From NCBI RefSeq assembly GCF_009914755.1, contig NC_060927.1: a stretch of 64,000 nt of DNA. One strand, 5' to 3'. The position numbers and the translations under genes were made by a program. The notes beneath the pieces are model-generated. The model saw only the letters and a list, made by a program, of their open reading frames with translations. It did no database searches and was not told the DNA's origin. Every line of letters begins with the position of its first letter. Position 1 is the stretch's first letter. This document shows positions 31,807 through 50,430 of the stretch, piece after piece. The stretch is from the human T2T-CHM13v2.0 reference genome, Homo sapiens.

Positions 31807-34741
31807 ACTAAACCAAAGAGTAAGCACTCCAGCACATGGGAAACTCATTAATGCACCATGGAAGAGACTCCCAAAGGTCAAATGTCATCTCTAAAGGGTC
31901 AGGGCCCTAGAAGACACTTCCAGTAATTGTGATCCAAAGTAGCAGTTCAAGAGTGGAGACGCACGCAATGGAATCACACATGCTGCATTTGCCAACAAGC
32001 CAAGGTCCAGGCAAGAACAACTCTCAATTAAAGAGTGCTCTGTCCTAAAGAAATGCTACGAGATATCGGCTCACAGAGAAAAGTCTCAAATTTTTAATGC
32101 AGTCTAATCAAATTTAGCCAGGTCCCTTCCTGAATTTACAAGTCCACCTTCTCTTTTTGCAGCACTATAAACAGTGTACTATCTACTGATAGATCAGAAG
32201 CAGTCCTAAAGGCCAGTTCTGTATTCATAACCTGGAAAATAAAATAAAAGCAACTTTGTCTACTGAAAACTACTGTTAAACCCAGTCTTTTTGCTATATA
32301 TCAGAGGAAATTAGCATGAGACTCAGAGATAAGATATCCCAAACACAATCTGTTAATACCCCAGGATCACTGGGTTCAAGGAAGAGCTCTCTGCACATTT
32401 TGAAGTTTTCGCCATCACTCAAAGCAGCTAATACATAAGCCAGAACATCAGATGAGTCTCAGGGCATCAGCTAGATAATGAGAAGCCAGCGGGTATTCTT
32501 TGCTATATAACAAAACACAAGGCAAAAAGACCATTTTTAGCATCACCTTTCTGGAGTTTTTCCAAAACTGACTGAGAAGCATATTCTGTTTCTTGTTCTA
32601 ACTCAGCGACAAACTCCGTGTGTAACTTTGAATTAAATGTCATCTATTTGAGGCAGTTTCCTCACCTGTAAAACAGAACTTGGGCAAGTTCACCTGAGCA
32701 CCTTCAAGCCTCAGAATAATGCTCCATGAAAGAAAATGTTAGCCTCCCTCTCCCCTTGACTAGGTTATTTTGGTTTATTGTGAAAAACACTTGCAGAAAA
32801 AGGATACAGGAAAAATGCCAAAATTATTCCTGGATTGTGACGTGGCCACTGTGCTACTTAAAATCAGGTTCTCTCAAATGCAGAAAATGAAAGTTGCCTA
32901 TCAGTGAAGAAAAACAAAACTCTCCCTCTTAGGTCTGATGTACTCCATGGAAAAATGTCCTTCCAAACTCCCTGAGGCAGGGAAGACTATCTTAGCACTT
33001 TGCTGAGTGCTTAAGAAATTACGTACCGAAAAACTTCCCTGATCTTGAAGCAGCTCACAGTCTGGGAATCTGGCAGATAGGGAGTCTCAGAGATCGCTTC
33101 TGAACTTTTACCAGCCTCCCAAAACAGCACCTCATCCCTGGGCCCCTGGGTGCCAAAGGAATCCTTCAAAATAAGGCTGGATCCAGCCACACTCCGCTTG
33201 TCACTCAGACCCTCAGCTTCCCTCACCACGTTCAGTAATACAATGTGAAATGAAACAAACCAGAACCCTGCATTCAGGGTATTCACATTCACAATAACAA
33301 GGGCATTTGCATCAATTAGGATTATAAACAGACTGTGGAAATGAGATGCAATAGGGGAACCAGTTTAAATATTTTGTTGTCTGGCCAAATTCCTTATTCA
33401 GATCCAATTGACCTAAATGAGAAAGCAAGGCTAAAATGGACACCAGAAGGTTGCAAGCTAGTTTACATAACACAGGCCCTCCCCAGCTTAAACTATCCAT
33501 TTCCAAGTAAAAATGGAAGTTAACCCTTTCTCCTCTACGTCTCTCTCTTCACAAGCTCAGAAACCAGAAGAGCATCTCTGAACCTTCCCCACTCTGGAAA
33601 CTGTTGCAAGAGACTGTGCAACCCACTTCTCCCTCAAGGCCATCAGCCATGTGCCATCTGTGCCCCTACCCCACCCTACAAATGCTCACCACCAGGAGAG
33701 AATTACCAGCACTCTCTCTTACAGAAAAACCATCCTCTTTATCCTCTTTAATCCTTATTCCTCCTTTAAAAGGGAAAATAGATTACAAGGTCTAAAAACC
33801 TGACCTACAAAGGGTTAAAACCAAACTGCTTGAACCTCAAAGCTGCCCAAAAAATGGTGTAAACCACCTAGCAGCTCACAAATTCCCCAAGGGACCTCCT
33901 TCTGTCAATGTTTAACCAAGAAGCTACAGCCTTTTTTTTTTTTTTTTTTTTTTAACTTGCCAGAGCCATTCTACATCAAATATTCTTCATGTGCAACCCA
34001 CTCCATAAAGAATGAAGCTATTCTATAACAAATCAAGTTCTGAAGCTCTCCAAACCCACTCTTTGGCTCAACAATCAAATATGGAGCACCACCTAAGCAA
34101 ACACGAGCCCTGTACTGTCCTTGTGGGTGAGGCTAGATCACGAGTCACCAAACAAGAATGTGGTGGTAGAACCTAAATTTGAGGGATCTGCAGTGCCCAG
34201 GAAGCCAGGGAAGGCTTCAGGAGAAAAGTGAGCTCCCAGGGCTCGGAAAGCTAGCGTCTCTGATTTTATTTTAGTAGACAGATACTATTTTTAAAATGTA
34301 AAGTATCATTAAAAAGGCTGTGCATGTGTTGGAGTAGGGGAGACATGGGAACTCTATATTTCCAATTTTGCTGGGAGCCTAAAACTGCTCTATTTAGAGA
34401 GTGTGTGTGTTAATAATGTTAATAATGCTAATAATGCTGGGAGGGGGCTGGGCTAATTATTGGTGTCTTTTGACATTTGTATTTTATTTATTTATTTTTT
34501 AGAGACAGGGTCTCACTCTATTTCCTAGGCTGGAGTGCAGTGGTGCAATCATAGCTCACTGCAGCCTTGAACTCCTGGGCTCAAGCCATCCTCCCATCTC
34601 AGCCTCCTGAGTATTAAATTTCATTTTAAATGGCATATATTCTAGTGTATAATTATAATCTTTACAGAAATTAATTAATGTACACCAGCAGATGTTCCTG
34701 TTATATTTCTAAAGGTTCCCTTTCAAGATAATTGCTATTAA

Positions 34742-35215
<474 letters not shown>

Positions 35216-37036
35216 TGATTTTCTAAGCAAATAACAACAATAAAGTTATTTCATGGGTATAGTTTCAATTTGGGATGATAAAAAAGTACCGGACATGAAA
35301 AGTGGTATTGGTTTCACAACAGTATGAATATACTTATGCCACCAAACTGTACACTTACAAATGGTTAAAATGGTAAACTATATGTTCTACATATTATAAA
35401 AGTAATGAAACACTATTTTTTTTTTTGAGATTTCACCATCTTTAAATGGGAACCAGCACAGGAGAAGTGCCATAAATACTCTGCCTGATTCCAGGGGGCT
35501 TTTACCCGCAAGAAATGTACAGTTAGGGTTTCAATCGCTCCCATTACACTAAGTTGTAACGCAAGCTCCCTGAGACAAAACTTTTCCATTTGGCTGTTTT
35601 CACAAAGACCACAGGAGCACATAAAGTCTTGTCTAGGGGAGCAAATCCAAATCACTTGGGTGCAAGGTAAATGCACAAATGGGAAAAGCCAATGCCAAAA
35701 TCACTGCTGCTTTGATAGCATTCACTAAACAAATATTGAGTACCTACTATGCGCCAGGCACTGTGCCAGAACTTAGGTCTAATGCCTGATCTCCTGGATC
35801 TTGCAATACAATGACTTGCTTTCAATCAAAAGACTTCACTTTTGTGGCAATTTCAAATAATATTACAGGAAGTGGTGTGACTCCTGTTTCTCAAAGGAGC
35901 CATGTGTTTCCTTGTTTTCTGTTTTTTTAAATGTGTACTTTGAAATGACTCAAACTTACCAAAGAGTTGCAAGAATATGACAAAGAACTCCTCTATCTCC
36001 CTTCACACAGATTCAAAAATTATTGATGTTTGCGTACATCTGCTTTATCATGCTCTCTAGCCATCTCTCCCCTCCCTTCTCTCCCTTCCCCGTCCTTCCT
36101 TCCTTTCCTCCCCTCCACCCACATCCATCCATCTCCCTCCCTTTCCCATCCCCTTCTCCTTATATAAAGTGTTTCCTCAACCATCTGAGAATGAGTTGTA
36201 GACATCTCCCTTTATTCTTAAATATTTCATATTTATGTATTTATGTATTTTCCAAGAACAAGGACATTTTCTTATAGAACCATATGATGATCAAGTTCTC
36301 ACAGTTTAACACTGATTAAATACTATTACTTAATACTTAAATGCTGCCAGTTCTTCAAATGATGACAGCAGGAGTGATGCACAGATTCTAAAACAATGAT
36401 TTGAAGGCTCACTCTTCAAACACCAAATGGACTAAAGAGACAACCTGTAGAGACACACCCACCCAAAGAGGCGCCTGGCTTGCTCCCTTGCTATCCATAG
36501 GACATTTCGTAGAGGACTCCAGGCAGAAGAAAATTCTCATTAAAATTCCTTCCCTTATTACTTAATGAAGCTCCCTAACTGGAACAAATCACATTTAACC
36601 TGATTTCTCCAAGATATGACTTAGTCCTATCTAATTTTGTTCCATAGTCATGAAATCTCTGGATAAAAATGCTTTCTTGTAACAAAATTCAGCAGCATCA
36701 CCTTCCACACCCTCCCAATTAGATTTTTTTTTTTTAATCTCAAGGTCCTGGGCTCAAGCCATCCTCCCACCTCAGCCTCCCGAGTAGCTGGGACTAATGA
36801 CATGCATGACCACACCTGGCCCCAATTAGAAATTGTTCTAATCTCAGTAGCCCTCCTGCTCAGCATCTTCCATTCAAAGCAATATTTCCAAAGCACATCC
36901 AAACCAAGAGGGAATGTCTTGGGAGACACAGGTAAATCTCCCTATTGAGATGGAGGTGGATGAACCTGGGTTGTCTAATGATTCCTTCAATATAGCTGTC
37001 AGATGTTTCTCCAATGATTCCATCTACCCAGCACTC

Positions 37037-37338
37037 TTTTTTTGTTGTTCATTGTTTGATACAGGGTCTCACACTGTCACCTAGGCTGGAGTACAGTGCC
37101 TTAATCTAGACTCACTGCAACCTCTGCCTCCCAAGTTCAAGCAATTCTCCTGCCTCAGGCTCCCGACTAACTGGGACTACAGGTGTGCACCACCACACCT
37201 GGCTAATTTTTGTACTTATGGTACAGACAGGGTTTAGCCAGGTTGCCCAGATTAGTCTCAAACTCCTGGCCTCAAGTGATCTGCCCGCCTCGGCCTCCCA
37301 TAGTGATGGGATTACAGGCGTCAGCCATGGCACCTGCC
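37037..37338 (-). mobile_element. AluJ
   Basis: Full reverse Alu (a further Alu fragment lies at about 36724-36821). Confidence 0.88.
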
Positions 37339-37986
37339 CTACCCAGCACTCTTAATGGGTAAGCAGTGGTCTCAGAACCTCTTTCATCAGCATCCATCCA
37401 CTCATTAGAACCAATATGTATTTCCTTAGATCAATCTTCACTTGACGAGGTAAATAACATCTTTACATTAAGTCTGAATTGGAGTCAATTAAATTGTCTG
37501 AAAAAGCATCTCCAAGTAGTCCTGAAGCTGATTTTTAGGTATTTACCTAAAATAATGATAGGTGTGCCTCATAAAATGAAATAAACAACACCCTGGCCTG
37601 AAATACTTGTGTGCTTTCAAACAATGAACAAACATCAAGTTCTCATGGCTCATCATTTAACTGACTTCATGTAGCAATACTCAGGAAAATTAAATGTAAA
37701 AGTAAGTTAGTCTGTAAAAGAACACACAAATTCAGGGGAAAATCTGAATATGAATGGCTTATGAGCAGAGGGTGTACTTTCTTTCCAGACCACAGCTCCA
37801 AAATTATCAAATAAAAATTTTTAAAGTCAGTCATGATATAGAACTGAACATTATCAACTGAATCAAACTGACATTTATAGCACAATTCATCCAATGACAA
37901 CCAAATACATATTCTTTCAAGTATACATGGAACAATCATCAAGATAGAACATATTCAATGTCATAAAACAACCCTTAAAAAATGTA

Positions 37987-39161
<1,175 letters not shown>

Positions 39162-40184
39162 TCACACTTCTAAATAATTCATGGGACGAAAATAAAGTCT
39201 CAAGATAAATTACAAAATGGTTAAGCTGAACTAAAATAGAAATACAACATATCAAAATGTGTGAGTGCAACTAAAGCAATGGTTAGAGGGAAATTTATAG
39301 CACTAAATGTTTACATTAGAAAAGAAATGATAATTTAATAATTTAAGCATCTGCCTTAGGAAACTAAAAAACTATATATAAAGTGAAAAAATAAAAAATA
39401 TTAGAATAGAAATCAATTAAATTGAAAACAGAGAAAGAATAAAGATCATAAATGAAACAAAAAGTTGATTCTTAGAAAAGATCAATAAATTGACTGACCT
39501 CTAGCAAAACTGATAAAAACAAAAAGAAACACGAACAAGTTACCAATATCAGGGAGAAGAAAAAGGGGCCTCATGAACATTAAAAAGATAATAAGGGAAT
39601 ACTAGAAGCAACTCTACATACCTAAATTCAACAACTTATAAAAAATGGATCACTTCTTTAAAAAGCATGAACCACTCTCAGAAGAAAACTCTCACAACCA
39701 TAAGAAAACAAACAACCTGATTGAAATCCAATTTAAAAATGGGCAAAAGACTTAGCTAAAGCTAACCTTACTAAACACGATATCTGGATGGGAAATAAGC
39801 ACATGAAAAGCTGTTCAGTGTCATTAGCTATCAGCCAATTACAAATGAAAACCATGACACACATTTACTAAAATGCCTAAAATTAAAAATATCATAATAC
39901 CAAGCGCTGACAAGGATGTGGAACTGGAACTTTCATGTGAGTATGAGCAAGTTCATGGACAATCTCTGAGGGGATTTTTTTTTTTTAATAAATGGTTAAA
40001 ACACATTTTACTACACAAATAACAAAGATTTAAGCTGTTACTTCTGAGCATAAATAACATGTTCCATGAGATAATGCAAGACAAACCAAATCAATCTTGC
40101 ACATCAAAACCAAGGTCAGGAAAAAAAAAATCCCATTCCCTCACTGAGACATCTTTCCAGCTCTGGACAGGAATGCAGAGAGCT

Positions 40185-40482
<298 letters not shown>

Positions 40483-42483
40483 TCATTATAATTTTCCTAT
40501 GTTGGAGTAATGAGGAAACAAGCAATGTTTCCCACTTCATCTCATTTATAAATGAAAGAGACAGTTGACATTTATATTACGATGAAACAACTTAATAGGG
40601 AAAGGATAAAAACAGTGAAAGGATAAAAACAAATCTCCCAAACCTTTGGTTTAATGGTCCTTTCATAAGCTGCAAATATGCTGGCTTTACCTATTTGCTC
40701 ACAGGCACTCACACACTCAGGCAATTTCATTGTAGTTAATCTCTGGAATTGCCTAACAATCATTTTTATCACACCTGGGCATCTTCTAAACCAGTCTGGA
40801 TGAAGCTTCAAGAATGGATGCTTCAGTGGCCACATTAGAAGACTAGAATTAAGGCAAATTGGATAATGTTTATTAGATATATGCTCTATTCGGTGATTAA
40901 GTATATAGTGCACACCCCAAGGTTTTTGTTTTGAATAGGTCAAGTGAATTTTTGTTAATCTTTCAATATAATTTCAAATTTACAGAGAAGTTACACAAAT
41001 AATACAAATAAGTATTTACTATTAAAGAACTATTAACATTTTACCACAGTTGCTTTATTATTTTTTCTTTCTGTGTGTATTTCTTTCTGTAAATAGCCAA
41101 CATAATGCCCCTTTACCCTTAAATACTTCAGTGCGTAAATGTTAAAATAAATACTTGACATGGATACAGTACTATTATCAAATCTGTAGACTTTATACAA
41201 ATGTTGTCAATCATGTCATTTATAGAAAAAAAAATCGGATCACAAGTTACATGCAGTTGTTACACAAAAGAATTCAAAGTCTTAAACTAAGAAAGGAAGC
41301 AAAAACAAAAAAGGAAACAAAACAAAAATATCAAAAATACCAATAACACTACAATGCTGGAAAGGAAAAGGAAGCAAGCCTTCAGATAAACAGAAATTCA
41401 GACCATTCCATGACATGAATCACTGCAATTTAGTTTCATCCAAGTTAGGTCATGCTTTGCTTCTATTTTGAAGGGGAAAAAAAAAAAAAAAACACTTTAC
41501 CCAGACTTAAACTTGATTTCCCAGATACAAGTTTGGTCTACTTTCTTTGATACAAAGATTTTCTGAAGCATACCTTTACGTTCAACCCATAAAAATGGCC
41601 TATCCTATTAATCAACATGAGAAAGAAAACATGCCATTCTGGCTTTTAAGACCATCTTCCTGAATTTTAGCTGACTTCGAAGCAATCATGTAAACTGATC
41701 TTTGACATAAAAATTCCAGTTACAGGAAATTCCAAATTAACTAAACAACTATAATAGTGTTATGATGTACTTTGGGCCAAGGTATCAGCTGCAGACTTCT
41801 CATAAAAAGAAAAAGGCACTCATTAGCCAAGCTAATAAAAATTACCACAAAGAAATTTGCTGGAGCAAAGAGAGGAATCAATATGAAATGCTATATAATG
41901 AATGTACGACAAATGCTCTCTCAACGGCACGTACTAGCACAAATGGGTTTTTGTTCTGTTAAACTTTTTAGAGACGAGGCCACTAAATGAGTCTGCTGCA
42001 GTACACACACAAAAAAGTTCTGTGCTGTGTGGTTAGCCAAGGGGATCAAGAAGCCCATTGTTAAGGTATTAGTAATAGGGTGGAACTCAGACACACAAGA
42101 ATCCCAAAAGCAAAGTACATTCCGCAAACGCATGATCCTATTTCAGCCAAAGTCCACACTCTGAGGTTAATGAATTGGGAGGCCTCTGCATAAATCAAGA
42201 CATCTGTCAGCACTTACAAATAATCACAGGGCCAAGGAACCCCTCATCCATCCCCTAAACACTCAGGCAGAGAAAGGACAGGCCAGGCAAGGAAAGTCAT
42301 TCCTAAGGACCAGCCCAGAGGTGGCAAGAGTTGGCAAGGTTGTCTAAAGAGAAAGCTCTACACTTACAGCTCTGGAACAGTTAGGGTTTTGGAAGAGGAA
42401 AAACCACCGAACACAACCCATGCACAGAAAGATATTCTGCCCAAAGGAGGGCTACAACATCACTCGTTAAAACACGGGGCTTC

Positions 42484-42947
<464 letters not shown>

Positions 42948-43145
42948 CTAGTTTACCCTAAGCCAAAGCCCTCAGTAATCTCATCTATAAAATGAAGGGG
43001 TAGGAGACCAAGTTCTTTCCAGAGAAAAAGAAAACACACTTTGAAGTCCGAAAATTCCGTGCTCCACAATTTATTAACTGTGCAGTCTATGTCACTCTAG
43101 GCCTCAACATCTTCACCTGTAAAACTGCGATTCTACCTGCATCAA

Positions 43146-43595
43146 TTAGGGTTAGATCTGACTGAGACTCGGGGCTTGCAAAAGAAGCATATTCCTCCCC
43201 CTCCCCACAAGGAAAATTCCAGAGGTTGCAGCTAGGATTTATGAGGTGGCTTTGATCCACAAAGTCCTCTGAGGCCAGATTTCTTCTGTCTCCATGGCCT
43301 TCATCCCAGTCACCTCGAGGTTCAAGACGGCTGCTGAAATTCCAGCCATCATTTCCATATTCTAGTTTTGGCCAGCATGTCTATATTCCAACAGGAAAGG
43401 AAAAGGTAAGAAGAGTACAAAGAAGGTTCCAGGAAATTACTATGTGACAACTCTGCGCTTACATCCAGATTATAATCTCATCACCATCCTAGTTGCAAGG
43501 AGGGGGAGGGATGAAAATACAGTTTTATTTTTGACAGCCATGCATCCAGCTAAAAACTGGGGTCTATAGCTACAGGAAAAGGGGAGAATGGATAG
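43146..43595 (-). mobile_element. Old MLT1-type LTR remnant
   Basis: caagacggctgctgaaattccagccatcatttcc...cctagttgcaaggagg...ggggagaatggata. Confidence 0.5.
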
Positions 43596-43932
43596 CTTTG
43601 CAACACCCACCTCCATCTCATTTTAAAGATTAAATTGGATAATATACGTAAAGTGTCTGATGCTTCGTGGACCCACAAATACACAGGGCCAGCGTTCCCC
43701 TTGTGGTAACACAGACATTTTGTGATCTGTGGTCTCAGCGGCTTAAGAGCTTCTTCAGAAAGTAGCCTTTTTTTAGCCTAGTCTGTCTTTTACAGTCTCA
43801 TCTCTGGCCACACTCCACATACAACCTGCATTCCAGCCATACTAAACCTATCTCCTTTCATGCCTCCAAACATTTGTACTCACAGAGCCTTCTACCAGGG
43901 ACGCCCTGCTGAAGCCTTTGTCTGCATGATGA

Positions 43933-44405
<473 letters not shown>

Positions 44406-45072
44406 TAATGAGTGCTTTCTATGTGCCACCCATTGTCCTAAACCCTTTATACACAGCTTCTCAGTTGATCCCCAAAACTCTATGACACAGACACCATATT
44501 ATCCCCATTTTACAGATAAAGAAACTGCGACATAAAGGTCAAATAGCTTGTCCAAGGCAAAGAGTAGAGCTGGGATTTAAAAACAGGCTACTGGACCTCA
44601 GAAACTACACTCTTAGCCACAACACTGGGCTGCCTCAACTACTTGCATAAGAAATCTAAGTGTAATTATAGGGAAAGGATGATCAAACTACATCTCACAG
44701 GCTATATCAGCCCACCGCCAGCTTTTATAAATAAAGTTTTATTAGAACACAGATACATCCACTTATTTACAAAGGAGCACTCGGTAGTTGCCATGAAGAC
44801 TGTATAGCCCACAAAGTCTAACCTACTTACTATCTGGCCCTTTACAGAAAAGTCTGCTCCCCTCTGTTATGGACTGTCAGCTCCTTAAGGTAGGGCCTGT
44901 GCTTCTTCCTCCTGTCTCCTGCTTCTCACATGGCATTTGACATATACATAAAAAGCGCTCAAAAATATTTGGGGTATAAAAATTCCACCAGGCATAATTT
45001 CAAGCAAAGAGGAGTATGTTTGGGGGATGGTGCTGCCACCTCACTCAGGGCTTAGAAAGTTTCCCAACTCTG

Positions 45073-45396
<324 letters not shown>

Positions 45397-46659
45397 TTAA
45401 CAACCAAAAAGCCCAGATCAGCTGCAGCGGTGGTTTTCATTGCATTGTTAGCAGCCCACACAGCTCTGACGGAGTGAGCACTGCAGAGACGGCTGAGTGA
45501 GGATCATTTGCATCAGTCACCTAATCTACTCGATTGCCCTGAACACAAGGCCAGAACAGAGCCCCCAGTTCTACCCACACATAAGGAGAACCTGAACCCC
45601 ACCACTTTCCAAAAAACGTCCAATCCCACCCAACCACTCATGGCAGCCTGCACAGGCCACAAGGCTGGCCGTGCAGATAAATACTTAAAACATCCTGGAA
45701 AAGAGTGACTAAAAACTGATATTGGTTGCCTTTCAACTCTTTGTATTTTCATCAATATATTTATAGAAAGGGACTAAACCACACAAAAACATAAATAGTC
45801 CCCTAAAAACTACAACACAAAAAGAAAAGATTATTCATGGTGCAAATGCCTTCTCTGACCTTCAAGGAACAGACTTGCAACAAAAGACCATATATAATGT
45901 TTCCTAATTTTATCATTATTATTGATATCATTGCATGAGGCACAAATAAAGCATTTTCTGGGCTGTGACCATATTCAGTCCAGTCTAGGTTATCAAAATT
46001 CAAATTCTGGATGGTTTTCTTTTTAATTCTGTCTTGGCCTGGCCCCAAATCGCATCAGTGGGAGCCAGGCAGAACTGCAAAAAGCCTCCCACGTTTCCGG
46101 CACAATCATTTCAACCCTTCTTTCAGGACACAAAGGCCCATCCATGTGGCTTCTTTCTTCCCAGAGTCCTCAGACAACTGTCCACAAGCAGCCTCTGAGG
46201 AAGCACACCAAACGCAGACAGCCACTGGGCAAATCAAATGGCTTAAGTCAACTGGGTCCTCATGTAATGAGAGGCAGGGCTAAGACACCTGCAGATTTGC
46301 CAAGGCTGGGGCTTAAGTGACCACCAATGCAACCCCTAGGTTCCAGAAAGCTAGTCACTAGTCTATCTAAAATACAAGACTCTCACTCACAAACTTCTGC
46401 TGAGGACCTACTGTGCACCAAGCACAGGACTGGTGCCTGTGGTGGCCTCACAACACTGCGAGGTTCATATCATTTTACAGATGGAGAGACCAAGGCCCAA
46501 AGAGTTAAATAACTTGCCCAAGGTCATTTGGCCAAAAGGAGACAAAGCTGGAAAGGTAAGAAGGACTACACAGCTTCTCCCTAGACTGCCCCTCTCAGAA
46601 GCAATGCCATGCACATGAGGAAGTGGCAGTCCTGTTTTCCAAAAGCTCTCCAGGTAGCA

Positions 46660-47835
46660 ACATGAAGATGGCCAGGATGGGGAGCCATCTATTCACTTAT
46701 GCACTGCTGGTGGCAGTGTGAAATGGTTCAGCCACTTTGGAAAACAGGTTAGCACTTTCTACATAGGATGGATACACGAGCAATTCTAATGCTAGGTATT
46801 TACCCAAAAGAAATAAAAGCATGTGACCACACAAAGACTTACACACAAATAGCAGCTTTATCTGTAATAGTCAAAAACTGGAAACAGCCCAAATGTTGTC
46901 CTACAGGTAATGGATAAACAAACTGTGGTATATCCACAGGACATAATGCCTGCATAATACACCGTGTCTCTATATATGCAGTGCCCAGGCACCTGTATAC
47001 AGGCATCCAGCAAAGGGCGCATACCCAGAATATATAAACATCTCGTAAAAGTCAAGAAGAAAAAGGCAGACACCCAACAGATAAATGGGCAGAGGACTTA
47101 AAGAGCAGCTTGCAAAACATGACATCCCAATGGCCGATTAATACGTGAAAACATGTTCAGCCTCAGTAGTCATCAGGGAAAGGCAAATTAAAATTGGATG
47201 ACATGAAAACAAGAGACAATATCAAGTGTGGATGAGAATGTGGTACACACAGAACTCTCTCTACACACTTTTGGTGGAAGTATTAATGCATACAACCACT
47301 GTGGAAAACTCTCTGCTAGTATCTAATAAGCTGGACATGAGCAAACACTCCTAGGTGTATATCCACAGAAATGCATACCTATGTTCTCCAAACACAGGTA
47401 CTAGAATGTTCACAGCATTGTGACCCTATGAATAGGGTCAAAAACTGAAAAGAACTCAAATACCAACCTACAATAGACAAATGTGTTCAGTATATTCATA
47501 CCACGGAATACCAAATAGCAATGAAAATAAACAGACCACAACTATACACAGAAACATGCGTAAGCCTCCCAAACATAACGTTAAGAGAAAGAAGCCAGAC
47601 ACACAGATCACATATTACACAATACACAGTTCAAAAGGAGACCAAACAACTCAGTGGTGTTGAGGTCAGAATAGCAGTTACCGTATGCGGGGAGATACTA
47701 TGAGGAAAGGGGCTGTGGGGGACAGGGAATGTTTTGGCAGCTGTTTCTTAATCTGGGTGTGTTCCATTTAAGAAAATTCATTGAACTGTGTATGTATATG
47801 ATTTGTGTACTTTTCTGAATGTAGATTAGACTTGA
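46660..47835 (+). mobile_element. Two old L1M 3' fragments in tandem
   Basis: cactgctggtggcagtgtgaaatggttcagccactttggaaaaca...; a second ORF2-end segment starts at about 47020. Confidence 0.78.
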
Positions 47836-48759
47836 AATTTACTCGCAAAACTCAGTTAGACAGATGACGTGAAAAGGCATGAGCAGCTTTTCTTTGCCTC
47901 AACAACTTTTTCAAACTGCAAAACAGACACACATTCACCTTGGGAAAACAGACAAGAGAAGATAATGGAAATCACCCATAATCCCACCAACCAAAGAAAA
48001 CCATTTTGGTGTGAATCTCCTCAAATATACACACACTTTCAAAGGAGGGGGAGGGCAGATTCTGCAGGGAGTAGTTAATACGAAGCAGGTGCTCAATACG
48101 TATTTTGAACCATAAGTGAATAAACAATATTATACAGTGTTTTGTAACCTAGGCAACCATCCCTTTTATTATTACCATCAATGAAACTAGTTAGTGTCCC
48201 TAAAGGATTTTAGCACACGGCCTCAAAACACTCTGGCAGACTACACAGGAAGATATGCAGATATTTCCTATGTACACGCGGACAAGAATACAAAACCCAG
48301 AGCAGTGATTTTCAACCCTGGTATCACCAATTCCCTCTAAAATTATTGGGATACTCAAAAAAACACTTATTTTCCTTCAAGGTGGCTTTAAAAATTCATA
48401 TATACCCCAGTGATGCTTTAATTTGGGATAAGTGGCACCAAAATGCTGGGGGCTAAACACTAAACACTCAACGTATGTTGTTAATCCAGATAGAGTCAAA
48501 AGCAAGCCCTGGATATTTGGTCACTAATGGCCCCCAATGGGTGAGTTGTGGTGGGCCCTAAATCAGGGTGGGCACGTCACAGGAAGAGTCATACTCCCTG
48601 ATCCAGAACCAAAGACTGTTTGCAGAGAGCAGGACAGATGATAAACACAGCAACACAAGGACAAGGTTACAAGCAGGTACAGAACCAAGACTTCTGATAC
48701 TAATAATAGCTAACACTGGCTCAAATAGAACTAAGCCCTGGTTTCCCTCTCTGACATTT

Positions 48760-48990
48760 ATTCATTTTTTTATCCATTTGACAATACTTACTCTACCCTT
48801 ACTGTATACCAGACCCTGTTCTCAACACTGGAGATAACAGCAGCAACAAAGACAAACAAAATTATCTGTCCTCAGGGAGCTTATACTCTAGTGTGGAGAG
48901 ACCAAAAAAAGTAAAATATAAAGCATGTCAGATAATAGCAAGGTATATGGAGAGAAATAAAATAGGAAAGGAAGATAGGATTTAGAGGCT
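48760..48990 (-). mobile_element. L2 3' end
   Basis: cattta ttcatt...ctgtcctcagggagcttatactctagtg. Confidence 0.7.
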
Positions 48991-49434
48991 GGGAAGGGGA
49001 GCTGTAAATGTTTGGTGCCAAGTTTTAAAAGGATCCCTTCAAAATGAAGTAATCATCTTCTCCCCAAAGAACTCTATGATAATTATGTTAATGTGGTCCC
49101 AGGGTAACCACAGCACTCAGAATAAAAACCAAGAATTTTATGGACCAGAAAGTGCCTACTTAAAAACAGACAAATTGAAGATCTAATAATAGCTACCACT
49201 TCTTGGTATCTTGCTATGTACTATTCTCAGTCCCTTATACACCAATAATCTCATTTAATCTTCACATTGAACTAATGAAAAGAGTAACATCATTTCCCAC
49301 ATTTAGCAGAAGAGAAAAACAGAAGCCCAGTGCAATTAAAGAGCTAGCCCACGGTCACATGTGTGCTAAGTGTTGGTGTCAAGATTTGAATCCAAAGTTC
49401 ACACTACTCTTCCTCCCCAAATAAATGTCTACTT

Positions 49435-49723
49435 TAGAGACAGAGTCTTGCTCTGTTGCTCAGGCTGGAGTCCAGTGGTGTGATCATAGCTCACTGCAGC
49501 CTTGACCTCTTGTGCTCAAGCAATCCTCCCAACTCAGACCCCTGAGCAGCAGTGACTACAGGCCTAAGCCACCACCACTGGCTAATTTTTATATTTTTAT
49601 TTTGTGGAGACAGGGTTTCACCATGGTTCCCACGCTGGTCTGGAACTCCTGGGCTCAAGCAATCCTCCCACCTCGGCCTCCCAAAGTGCTGGGATTACAG
49701 ATGTGAGCCAATGCACCCAGCCT
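49435..49723 (-). mobile_element. AluJ (preceded by a MIR at about 49185-49400)
   Basis: Full reverse Alu with a minimal tail. Confidence 0.88.
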
Positions 49724-50029
49724 TGTCTTCCTTAATCCTAGTCAAGATTTGTTGTCATTCAGCATTTTATTGAGTTCTTACAACCCTGCCAATCACCAAA
49801 AAAAGAATTGAAGGTTGGTTCCACGTTCGCAGTGTCTTCTTTTCTCCAAATAAGAAAAAGTGAATGGCAATGGCAACCCTTAGATATTTAAATAACAATT
49901 TCTAGATCCAATTAGAAATTATTTCCTCAAATACTTGATATTATGAGCAACTCCAAAATAGCTCCATTTTAGTTTGAGAGTAAAGTTTGACTTAGGGCAA
50001 ATGAAAGTTCATACAGCCAGTTTCTTACT

Positions 50030-50430
50030 AGGGGTAAGCACCTCAAACTGAACACAGTCCAAACAGAACTCTTGGCCAAGCCTCACCCTCCCCACAAACA
50101 CATTCCCCTCCTGTGATCCTCATCTCCACAAAGGACGTCTCAACCTCCCAGCCTCTCAGGCCCACAAATCAAGAGTTATTCTTGCCCCTCTCTCACCTCC
50201 ACATCAAATTCATCAGCGATTTCCATCCTCTCCACACCAGATCTATCCCTTCTCTCCAGTTCTCTGCCAACCCCCAGCCCAGGCCGCCAGCATCTCTTTC
50301 CTGGACCACTCAGATGGGCTCCTAACTGGTCTCCCTGCTTCATGCTTTGGCCCCTTGAAAATCTCATCTCTACACAGCAGCCAAAGTGACCTAATAAGTG
50401 TCACTTCCCTTCCTAAAATCCTTCTGGGCC
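50030..50430 (+). mobile_element. L2 fragment
   Basis: agcacctcaaactgaaca..gtccaaacagaactctt; ctcctaactggtctccctgcttc; ctacacagcagccaaagtga. Confidence 0.75.
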